A DNA stretch of 38,124 nucleotides from Candidatus Heimdallarchaeota archaeon. GTDB lineage: Archaea > Asgardarchaeota > Heimdallarchaeia > Heimdallarchaeales > Heimdallarchaeaceae. Both the position numbers and the translations under genes were made by a program. Shown piece after piece: positions 9,388 to 17,789 of this stretch. The stretch spans positions 1-38,124 of the forward strand of contig JAHLWR010000030.1 of NCBI GenBank assembly GCA_019057815.1, given 5' to 3'. Below the pieces are notes generated by a model. It was not told the DNA's origin. It did no database searches and saw only the letters and a program-made list of their open reading frames with translations. The stretch's first letter is position 1. Each line of letters starts with the position of its first letter.

Positions 9388-9984
9388 TTAATGATTTGCA
9401 AGATATTCTGATAACATCTGTTGTTGGTTAGAGAAATATACAATCATCAGAATAATCATAGCTACAGCAATTGTTGTGAAAAGGGGTACTAAGCGTATTC
9501 TCAAGGATAAAAATGGAAAACCACTCGTTTTTTTGATTTTCACATTGTTTATAGAAATGTTCTTTTTATTATTCAAGATTTTATTATTTTCTAGAATTGT
9601 AGCAAATTTCTCAAAAGTATCAACATTTCCATTAAATGGTTTTATTTCTGTTGAGTAGTTTTCAATAAACAGATTAGCTATAACTCTCATTTTATTTTTG
9701 TAAAAGCCAGTGTTTTCACTTGTAACTCCTGAAAGAATAACTGAGAGATCATCTGTTATATAAGTTAGAAAGTGTTCATTTTCGACATTGTATTGATAAA
9801 AATTGTTGGTTTTTGCTTCTTCCTTCAAACTTAATGCATTTAAAAGAGCTGTAGTGAGAATTGTTCTTTCATTACACGCACTGTAATTAGATTCTCTTTT
9901 AATGTTAGAAACATAACCATTCTTTAAGTGATGTGTAAAGATTGGGATTCCACTTGGTAAAGCAATTATCAAACTGCTGTTCAT
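9388..9984 (-). CDS. Longin-like domain protein with a C-terminal transmembrane anchor
   Basis: N-terminal IIALPSGIPIF hairpin, LTTALLNAL helix, LFIENY...FNGNVDTFEKF helix; C-terminal LVPLFTTIAVAMIILMIVYF. Confidence 0.65.
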   Translation of the reverse strand: MNSSLIIALPSGIPIFTHHLKNGYVSNIKRESNYSACNERTILTTALLNALSLKEEAKTNNFYQYNVENEHFLTYITDDLSVILSGVTSENTGFYKNKMRVIANLFIENYSTEIKPFNGNVDTFEKFATILENNKILNNKKNISINNVKIKKTSGFPFLSLRIRLVPLFTTIAVAMIILMIVYFSNQQQMLSEYLANH

Positions 9985-10237
9985 ATTTAACGGTAATAAT
10001 AATCTCTAATCTAATTTCTTGTGTTAACACCTACACAACAAGAGATAAAGATTAGTGAAAAAAGTGTAAAAAAACTTGAAATATTATCTATTCCATAAAG
10101 ATTAGGTTTTATTGATTCGAAGTATTTTACAAACAAATAAGTTTCTAATGACTTAAACAATTTTCAACAAATATTACTTAGAAAGAAATATATTGGTTGT
10201 CGACCAGAGTTTTATAGGAATTGATAAGTGAACACGC

Positions 10238-11170
10238 TTGAGAATCAAATCACAAATAAGACGAAATGTTGAATATCAGTGCAACAAATGTCTCAAAACT
10301 AGGGTTTTATTCATTGCTCCTGCTCTTCAGAGTGATTCTGTTTCTTCTCACGGTTATATTGAACTAGTCGATGTACATCCTTGTTTAAATGAAAAAACAC
10401 AAGCAGTCAAATTATTTGTCGATAAAAACTATGCTGTCAGATCTCAAGTTACACTTGATTCTACCTCAAAGTCAAATGAGTCATCTTTCTCTGATATTTC
10501 TGGCTTAAGCATCCCTACGCCAAAAAAGGCTGATTTCATAACATATGATGTCATACCTACAAAAGATTTTGGAGCATTTAATCTTAAAAGTCTAAAAATA
10601 AATGATACTCTCAGGGAGCGAATTTTCATTTTAGGCAGCTGGCTTGATGATTTCATAGAAATCAAAGCTAAATCTTCGTTGAATTTCATTGAACTGAAAG
10701 CTATGGTTTCAAAAAAGATGTCAAGTGAAATTGTTAAAATATGGTTACAGAAGTTAGCGAACATTCTAGAAACATTAGTTTCACTAGATGAGAAGATGCT
10801 TAATTTTCTAGGAATTTATCTTGATAACATGATGGAAACTAGACCAACTGAAAAAGAATTACTTGAATTGGATTTATTGTTGAATTCATCTGTAGCTATA
10901 CCACACTCCTCGAAGGAACATCTAGAAATTTTTGAAGAGCACTGGAAAGAGATTTTCAGTCACAAAGGAACAGCTTTTTACAGAATCTACAAAGCAATAA
11001 TGAATACTTGTTTACATAATGAGATTAAAACTATATTAGATATATATGAAGCTGTAAAAAATAACATTACAGAGATGCAAGTTTTTCCTTATTTCTTATC
11101 AATTTTGAGAGATTTAGTTGAATTTGGTTTAATCAATATCGAAAGATTAGAGTTCTATACAATTTCATAA
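10238..11170 (+). CDS. Hypothetical protein with an N-terminal putative Zn-binding module (CxxC...HxC) and a possible C-terminal winged helix
   Basis: CNKC, VDVHPC, LFVDKNYAVRSQ; the C-terminus ILRDLVEFGLI resembles a wHTH end. Confidence 0.6.
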   Translation: MRIKSQIRRNVEYQCNKCLKTRVLFIAPALQSDSVSSHGYIELVDVHPCLNEKTQAVKLFVDKNYAVRSQVTLDSTSKSNESSFSDISGLSIPTPKKADFITYDVIPTKDFGAFNLKSLKINDTLRERIFILGSWLDDFIEIKAKSSLNFIELKAMVSKKMSSEIVKIWLQKLANILETLVSLDEKMLNFLGIYLDNMMETRPTEKELLELDLLLNSSVAIPHSSKEHLEIFEEHWKEIFSHKGTAFYRIYKAIMNTCLHNEIKTILDIYEAVKNNITEMQVFPYFLSILRDLVEFGLINIERLEFYTIS

Positions 11171-11400
11171 AACAGGGAGCTCAGCTAGCTCTGTGATGAT
11201 ATATAACTCAACAACAATCCTTCATCAGAACTTGGACAAAAATTTCTAAAAGAAGCTGTTATCGTTTCTATTTTTACAATGCTTTTTCTATTTACTAATT
11301 CGTCCCATCCAATGAATTTGTTGCTTGGGATTTTTTTCAGTATCTACCCAAGTTGTGAAATGGTGTCCACGGAATCACTCCTTCTCTTTATTGTTCTAAT

Positions 11401-11520
11401 TCTTTTGCTTTTGTATCTGTTTTTTCTAGCATTCATCACATCCATTGTTTGTTTTTCGATTCTTGTCTTTTGTATCTGTTTTTTCTACTCGTTCATTACT
11501 TCCATTATTTTTTTTTCGAT
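11401..11520. repeat. Imperfect 60-bp tandem duplication at the 3' end of the FNT gene
   Basis: 11401-11460 and 11461-11520 share CTTTTGTATCTGTTTTTTCTA and TCCATT...TTTTTCGAT. Confidence 0.85.
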
Positions 11521-12325
11521 ATACAAACCAGTATAAGAAACCTACAAAAATGGCTCCTCCGACAATATTGCCTATAGTAACAGGTAATAAATTATGATAA
11601 AGGAAAGATCCCCAAGTAAGATTTGATAAATCTATTCCATCCATAATGGCTACTAAAGCTTCATTTCCTTTCAGTAGAATTCCTAGAGGTATGTAAAACA
11701 TGTTAGCCACACTGTGCTCGAATCCACAAGTTACAAATGCCATTATTGGAAAGAATATAGCTAATATTTTTCCTGTTGTATCGCTAGCTGATGTTGAAAC
11801 CCAAACAGATAGACAAACTAACCAATTACATAGAATTCCTCTGCTGAAAGCTTCAAGGAAAGAAAGATTAACTTTGGAATTAGCTATTGTAATCGAATTC
11901 ACACCAACTAGATTTGAATCAATTTTCCACACGCCTGAAGTAAAAATCAGAAAAACTAAAAATAAAGAACCTAGGAAATTTCCTATATAGACCACAGTCC
12001 AATTGCTTAATAATTTTTGAGGAGTAACTTTTCTATCAATACAAGGGATAATTAGTAAATTATTACCTGTAAATAATTCAGCACCACACAATAAGACAAG
12101 CATTAATCCAACAGAAAATACAGCTCCTGAGACCAGTTTAGCAAATCCTGAACCGATATAAGTGCTTAAATCATGAGAGACGACAGTAGCTAATATTGCA
12201 CCAAAACCAACATAAACACCAGCAAACACTGCGAGTATCATTAAATTTGCAAGAGACATATGACACTTTGAAAATCCTAATTCATCCAGTGTCTCAACTA
12301 TTTTACTTGGAGATTTTATACTCAT
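11426..12325 (-). CDS. Formate/nitrite transporter (FNT family, FdhC/FocA-like)
   Basis: GAELFTGN, GILCNWLVCL, GFEHSVANM and GNIVGG motifs. The start is probably the ATG at 12325 (MSIKSP) rather than 12370. Confidence 0.95.
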   Translation of the reverse strand: MSIKSPSKIVETLDELGFSKCHMSLANLMILAVFAGVYVGFGAILATVVSHDLSTYIGSGFAKLVSGAVFSVGLMLVLLCGAELFTGNNLLIIPCIDRKVTPQKLLSNWTVVYIGNFLGSLFLVFLIFTSGVWKIDSNLVGVNSITIANSKVNLSFLEAFSRGILCNWLVCLSVWVSTSASDTTGKILAIFFPIMAFVTCGFEHSVANMFYIPLGILLKGNEALVAIMDGIDLSNLTWGSFLYHNLLPVTIGNIVGGAIFVGFLYWFVYRKKNNGSNERVEKTDTKDKNRKTNNGCDEC

Positions 12326-12393
12326 ATACTCATATCCAATTATTTGTACAAGAAAGCTTAATTGATGCATAGAAGATATATATATCGAGTTTA

Positions 12394-12412
12394 AGTGCTT
12401 TTCTAAAGCACT
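12394..12412. promoter_or_regulatory. 8-3-8 palindrome upstream of the FNT gene
   Basis: AGTGCTTT-TCT-AAAGCACT next to a TATATATA run. Confidence 0.45.
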
Positions 12413-12741
12413 ATAGATATTTAATGCAAGTGAAGGATTTCAAATTTTTGTGGAGAATGACGAGAACTTATTGGGATTATTACCGTGATGAAGATTCAAT
12501 GTTTACTGTTCTTCACATACCGATTCAACTGATAGTACTGAAAGTGATTCAAATGGAAAATGGAAGAAGGAGATGAAGACCTTACAATAATAAAACTACG
12601 GTGGAGGGGATAAAAGAAGAGATGAAACGCTGATACTCATGTTATAAGCTTGATAAATATGAGCTAGTTTCACTCTACATGGACTACAAGTGGTTAACAA
12701 AATAGAGGGATTCAATCATCAAAGGTTCCCTACATATTTTT

Positions 12742-14655
12742 TTATGTGAAAATATTATTTGCTACGCTAGAAAGTTCTTTTTCAACATGAGGATCAACAT
12801 AACTAATTCCAGTTTCTAGTATTATTTCCCATGTTTCTTTTAGAGAAATAAGTTTCGCTATGAATGTATCTAATTTCTGTAGAGCAACAAATGATTGACC
12901 TTTGAAAGCATAACAGAAAGTTAACGTGTCGAGTTTTTTCATTAACATCGTATAATCTTGATGCTTTATCCTTTCTAGTGATCCTGAAACTGCGAAAGCT
13001 TCTCTACTAAAATTATCAAAGGCAGTTAGGAAGCTTCCTACAAGATAACCATCCAATTTCGATTCTTCTTGGAATTTTTCAGTAAACAAGCTTACTCCTC
13101 CTTCATTTAGAATCAAAACTAATACAGGTTCTTCATCTTTCTCTTCCGAGGTAATCTCATAGCGTTTTCCTATCATCATATTCAACCTTTCTTGAAGATT
13201 GGTTAACTCCATTCTTTCCGCTAAAGTTAGATTCCCAGCTACAATGCCTTCCCACTTATTTATCTGTTTATTAAAATTATCATGTTCATCAGATATCAAA
13301 TATGCTAGCCGCTGAAGACCTTTATCTAGAGCAACTTTTTCTGCCATTAACAAGAGTTTTTCCGCTTCTTCTAAATTTAGTTCAAGAAGTGCAAGCTTAG
13401 ATTCAACAAGATATGTTTCAGCAAGTATCGCAAAAGAATTTTGCTCTTTAGCTATTTTTAGTAGTTTTGAAGAAAGGGCTTTTAACTCATCTATAATTTC
13501 TTCTGAGCCTGTAGATTTTAATTCATCTAGGAGTAAATCATAGAGGTTTAACATAGCGTAAACAGTAAACTCTTGGTCAACTAGTTCTTCTTCAGATATC
13601 TCAAGAAAAATCTTCTGAGCTTCTACTTTATTAATAGCCCTTATCCCTTCTTTTAGAATAATAGCATTTGACAATCTGTAAATTTGATCAATAAAAGGAT
13701 TATCTGAGGTTTTTCTAATTTCTTCTAATTTATTTAAATATGTCTTTGCTACTCCTAAGTTCTCTGTTTCTACTTCAAGTTTAATGAGTACAAAAAGAGT
13801 TTCACTGATATCATAGATGTTACCTATTTTCTCACTTGTCTCTAGACTCTCTTTAAAGTATTTTCTTGATTCAGCATATTTTCTTTTCAAATGCAAAGTT
13901 AAACCTAAATTATGCTTTGCATAGGATTCTAATTGAGCATTCACTATCTGATTGCTGTATTCAAGTGATTTCTCATAATGACTCGTAGCAAGATCTAGTT
14001 CTCCTTTAGCTCTATATATCTCACCTATATTATTATGTGAAATAGCTATTCCTCTAATATTACTGATTTCCTCGTCTATGATCAAGCTTCGTTGATAAAC
14101 TTCAAGTCCTTTATCAAGCTCCCCCTTGAGGTTAAAAATAACACCTATATTGTGAAACGCTCTAGCCATTTTGTGTTTATTGTTTACAATCTCACATAAT
14201 TCGAAACTTTGATGGTATAGATCTAGAGCTTGATCGAGTTCGCTTCTACCAAGTAAGAGATTTCCTTTGCAATTGTATAAATCTGCCACTTTTAAGCACT
14301 TTTGGTTAGGGGTTAATGCTTTTTCAATACTCTCGAGGATTTTTTCACCTTCATTAACTAATTTTTCCCCTTCGTCGAGGTCTCCCAATCTATAATAAAT
14401 CTCTGCAATTAAAATTAAAGCATCTACAGATAGAAATTGATTACCTATTTTTTTGCTTTTTTTAAGCGCTTCAGTTGAAAAATCTAAGGCTTTTTGAAAG
14501 TTTGCTTGTTTGTTTTCCAAATGACCCTTGAGAAGTAAGAGTTCTATCTCATCTGAACCCTCCAACTTCTCAAAACTATCGTAGACTTTTATCCACTTTG
14601 AAGCCTCTCCAAAGCTGGCTGCATCGATAAGTTTCCTTATTGCTTCAAACTCCAC
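12742..14655 (-). CDS. TPR-repeat protein with a C-terminal longin-like domain (Asgard-type)
   Basis: Repeated TPR/MalT-like units (HNIGVIFNLKGELDKGLEVYQRSL); C-terminal LILNEGGVSLF...LVGSFLTAFDNFSREAF. Confidence 0.85.
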   Translation of the reverse strand: MEFEAIRKLIDAASFGEASKWIKVYDSFEKLEGSDEIELLLLKGHLENKQANFQKALDFSTEALKKSKKIGNQFLSVDALILIAEIYYRLGDLDEGEKLVNEGEKILESIEKALTPNQKCLKVADLYNCKGNLLLGRSELDQALDLYHQSFELCEIVNNKHKMARAFHNIGVIFNLKGELDKGLEVYQRSLIIDEEISNIRGIAISHNNIGEIYRAKGELDLATSHYEKSLEYSNQIVNAQLESYAKHNLGLTLHLKRKYAESRKYFKESLETSEKIGNIYDISETLFVLIKLEVETENLGVAKTYLNKLEEIRKTSDNPFIDQIYRLSNAIILKEGIRAINKVEAQKIFLEISEEELVDQEFTVYAMLNLYDLLLDELKSTGSEEIIDELKALSSKLLKIAKEQNSFAILAETYLVESKLALLELNLEEAEKLLLMAEKVALDKGLQRLAYLISDEHDNFNKQINKWEGIVAGNLTLAERMELTNLQERLNMMIGKRYEITSEEKDEEPVLVLILNEGGVSLFTEKFQEESKLDGYLVGSFLTAFDNFSREAFAVSGSLERIKHQDYTMLMKKLDTLTFCYAFKGQSFVALQKLDTFIAKLISLKETWEIILETGISYVDPHVEKELSSVANNIFT

Positions 14656-14810
14656 ACATTACAATATATTATGGCTTTTTAATTCTTTTTGACTTACAAC
14701 TAACAAATATTGCTTTTATTTCGGTTTTTTGAGTTTAAGTTACAATCTACTACTTTGTAGAAAGCGTTTTTTTGTTTTAATAAGCTTTAGAAAATATAAT
14801 CAATTGTTCC

Positions 14811-14840
14811 ATTAAATTAAATTGAATTAAATTAAATTAA
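14811..14840. repeat. (ATTAA)x6 pentamer repeat in a divergent promoter region
   Basis: ATTAA ATTAA ATTGA ATTAA ATTAA ATTAA. Confidence 0.8.
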
Positions 14841-14955
14841 CAGATAACAACGTTTGTTCTTTGTTCAATTGCTCAATGTCTATGCAGTAATCTTTATAAC
14901 ACACACTCAAATATGCACTTACAGTTCAGAGAACATTTGTGAGTAATAACGCTTT

Positions 14956-16677
14956 ATGGTGAATATAATGGTAAAAAGATATGTTATTGTCGGCGGTGTT
15001 GCTGGTGGAGCCAGTACTGCTACTAGATTACGCAGATTAGATGAATTTGCTGAAATTGTTATGCTTGAACGAGGAGAATTTGTTTCTTTTGCTAATTGTG
15101 GACTACCTTACTATATTGGTAAGGTCATTGAGACTAAAGAAGCTTTAGAATTAATTACTCCTGAAGTATTTTTTACTCGATTTAATATCGATGTTAGAGT
15201 GAAAAATGAAGTTTTATCAATTAATAAGGAAAAGAAAGAAGTTCTTGTTAAAAACCTTGAAACTGGAGAAGAGTACAATTTAGTTTACGATAAACTAGTC
15301 TTGGCTCCAGGAGCTGAACCACTTAAACCACCGATTGAAGGAATCGACAAAGTGCCTATTTTCACTCTAAGGAACATTCCAGACAGTGTCCAAATGGAGG
15401 AATTTATATCAACAAGTAATCCTACTTCAGCTGTTGTAATAGGCGCAGGTTACATTGGTTTGGAGATGGCTGAGAATCTTTCACATAGAGGTATAAGAGT
15501 TATAGTTGTTGAACTATTAGATCAGGTTCTTCCAACCTTAGATAAGGATATGGGGCAGATTGTTAACAATGAAATAATCTTAAACCGATTAGAACTAATA
15601 TTAAGCGATGGAGTTAAGTCATTCGGTATTAATGACAATGGAAATAGCAAATATCTAGTTTATACTCAAAGTGGAAGGAAAATAGAAACAGATATGATTA
15701 TCCTTTCAATAGGTGTTAGACCTGAATCGAAATTAGCTAAGGACTGTGGTTTAGAACTGAATCAAAAAGGATACATTGTAGTTGATGAACATATGATCAC
15801 TTCAGATAAAGACATCTATGCTGTTGGAGATGTTGTTGAAATCACTAATCTGCAAACAAAGCAGAGAACCGTTGTTCCCTTAGCTGGACCTGCTAACAGA
15901 CAAGGTAGAGTTGCAGCTGATAATATAGCAGGACGTACCTCTAGCTATAAAGGAGCTATAGGGACAGCTGTTTTGCAAGTCTTCAATCAGACTGTTGCTC
16001 AAACAGGCTTAACAGAGAAACAATTACAAAATCTAGATATTGAATATGATAAGGTTTTTGTACATCCTAAAACTCATGCTGGATATTATCCTGGTGCTAA
16101 ACCAATAACTCTAAAACTTATCTTTGATCTCTCCAACGGTAAGATACTAGGTGCTCAAGCTGTTGGTGGTGATGGAACAGAGAAACGAATCGATGTTATT
16201 GCTACAGTCATTTACTTTGGGGGTTCAGTATTCGATTTACAAGAACTAGAATTATGTTATGCTCCCCCATTCGGTTGTGCTAGAGATTGTGTCAATATGG
16301 CAGGATTTGTCGCTTCTAACGTTCAAAGTGGAGATGTTAAAATTTGTCATTGGCACGATGCGGAGGAACTTGAAGAAAAAGGAGCGTTCATTATCGATGT
16401 TAGATCTCCAGAAAAATATGAAGAAGGACATTTATCAAGTTCAATAAATATTCCATTAGGTCAAATAAGATCAAGATTGAATGAAATTCCAAAAGATAGA
16501 ACAATCTATCTTCATTGCCAAGTAGGATTTACAGCTTATATAGCACAAAGGATTTTACTTAACAATGGATATGACGCTGTAAACTTCACTGGAGGATACG
16601 ATACATATCTAATAGCTACTCTCAAACCAGGAGCACATGTAGGAGAGTTGGAACCTTATAATAATCAATCATGTTAA
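14956..16677 (+). CDS. cdr: CoA-disulfide reductase / NADH-persulfide reductase with a C-terminal rhodanese domain (CoADR-RHD/Npsr)
   Basis: GGVAGG FAD motif, SFANCGLPY redox Cys, GAGYIGLE, YAPPF; rhodanese IDVRS...GH and HCQVG. Confidence 0.92.
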   Translation: MVNIMVKRYVIVGGVAGGASTATRLRRLDEFAEIVMLERGEFVSFANCGLPYYIGKVIETKEALELITPEVFFTRFNIDVRVKNEVLSINKEKKEVLVKNLETGEEYNLVYDKLVLAPGAEPLKPPIEGIDKVPIFTLRNIPDSVQMEEFISTSNPTSAVVIGAGYIGLEMAENLSHRGIRVIVVELLDQVLPTLDKDMGQIVNNEIILNRLELILSDGVKSFGINDNGNSKYLVYTQSGRKIETDMIILSIGVRPESKLAKDCGLELNQKGYIVVDEHMITSDKDIYAVGDVVEITNLQTKQRTVVPLAGPANRQGRVAADNIAGRTSSYKGAIGTAVLQVFNQTVAQTGLTEKQLQNLDIEYDKVFVHPKTHAGYYPGAKPITLKLIFDLSNGKILGAQAVGGDGTEKRIDVIATVIYFGGSVFDLQELELCYAPPFGCARDCVNMAGFVASNVQSGDVKICHWHDAEELEEKGAFIIDVRSPEKYEEGHLSSSINIPLGQIRSRLNEIPKDRTIYLHCQVGFTAYIAQRILLNNGYDAVNFTGGYDTYLIATLKPGAHVGELEPYNNQSC

Positions 16678-16683
16678 AAATCC

Positions 16684-16723
16684 TTATTTCTTCCTTTTTT
16701 TCCTTTTTATTTTTATTTTCTTT
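16684..16723 (+). terminator. Pyrimidine/oligo-T terminator
   Basis: Long T-rich tract after the cdr stop. Confidence 0.45.
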
Positions 16724-16765
16724 ACCAAACTAAAATGATATAAAGTATTGAAATATATTCTCACA

Positions 16766-17380
16766 ATGATTCAGAGCATCTTAATAAACCATGAAAGTGG
16801 CATACCATTATTTGCCCGTTCCTTAATGTGCAATATTGGTTTCAAATGCTTAGATTTATCAAAAGATAGCACTTTTGAGAGTGATACTTTACTTCATTCA
16901 GCTTTAATCAGTGCAATGTTGATAGTTGATAAGTCTGAACCTGAAAAATTCCATGAATTAACTATAGAAAAAACTAAAGTTTTAACTTTTCCAATGGAAA
17001 AAATCACTGCTATTATTACAACTGAACCGCAAGAGGATTTTGAACCTTTAAAGAACAGGTTAAAACTGTTAGGCGAGTTGTTTCTAGAGAAATATGACCA
17101 GTATATTGAAGAGTTTGTAGGAGACATTTCTATATTTACAGATTTTCAAGAAATAATTGAGGAAAAAGGTTTACTAGATGAAGGGGAAAGATTCAGAGCT
17201 GATTGTCTAAACTGCAAATATGAAAAAGCTTGTTCTTTCAGAATACTTTCAGGACCTAAAGAGAGAACAGTGAGAGAAAGGTTAGAAAGTATTAAAAACA
17301 TAAACTTTCTCAAAAAAATGTACCTCATTCTTACTGGAATGTTTAAACCAATGTATCTTACTTTTCCTGCTAAGGAATAA
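16766..17380 (+). CDS. Longin-like domain protein with Cys motifs, paralog of 9388-9984
   Basis: ILINHESGIPLF, LHSALISAM, LFLEKY...FVGDISIFTDF; CNIGFKC and CLNCKYEKAC. The start is probably the ATG at 16766. Confidence 0.65.
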   Translation: MIQSILINHESGIPLFARSLMCNIGFKCLDLSKDSTFESDTLLHSALISAMLIVDKSEPEKFHELTIEKTKVLTFPMEKITAIITTEPQEDFEPLKNRLKLLGELFLEKYDQYIEEFVGDISIFTDFQEIIEEKGLLDEGERFRADCLNCKYEKACSFRILSGPKERTVRERLESIKNINFLKKMYLILTGMFKPMYLTFPAKE

Positions 17381-17433
17381 TATTAGTTTTATATACTTGA
17401 AATGGCTATTATCTGTATAATACTATAAAGTCC

Positions 17434-17772
17434 GTGCTAGCGATGAACATGATAACATTTCGGATAGAATCGTTTTTTGCCGATCAAATTGATGAATTGG
17501 TTACTAGAGGAATTTTTGTATCAAGAGGGGAGTTAATTCGCATAGCATTGAGAGAGCTATTTATCTTTACAAGACAAAATATTCTTTTCCCTAGTTTTGA
17601 GCGCTCTAGAGAAGAGGAATTACCCTCAGATGAAAAGATGAAATTAATTACTACAAAACTAACAGACAATGGATTCGATGAGCTAAAAAGGATAGTTGGG
17701 GAAACAAGCAAGTCTCGATCAAAAATCATAAGAACTGCAATTAGTTTTTTCTTTGCAAACCACTCATACTAA
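17434..17772 (+). CDS. Tandem ribbon-helix-helix (CopG/MetJ-like) regulator
   Basis: ITFRI...IDELV..G.FVSRGELIRIALRE and ITTKL...SRSKIIRTAI. Confidence 0.8.
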   Translation: MLAMNMITFRIESFFADQIDELVTRGIFVSRGELIRIALRELFIFTRQNILFPSFERSREEELPSDEKMKLITTKLTDNGFDELKRIVGETSKSRSKIIRTAISFFFANHSY

Positions 17773-17789
17773 TGGTTCTTTTCTTCTTT

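Noticed and set aside
3390-9658. Antisense or nested ORFs 3390-3620, 6117-6377, 6590-6784, 6860-7228, 7950-8153, 8945-9151, 9476-9658
   Set aside because: Shadows of well-supported genes, with no motifs.
11176-11230. Possible box C/D sRNA (minus strand TGATGA…CTGA) or SECIS-like element
   Set aside because: The internal C' box is poor, no SECIS helix forms, and no in-frame TGA selenoprotein candidate is nearby.
17434-17772. RHH gene as part of the tnpB element or as its transposase
   Set aside because: It lies outside the left inverted repeat and has no HUH/Y1 or serine-recombinase motif.
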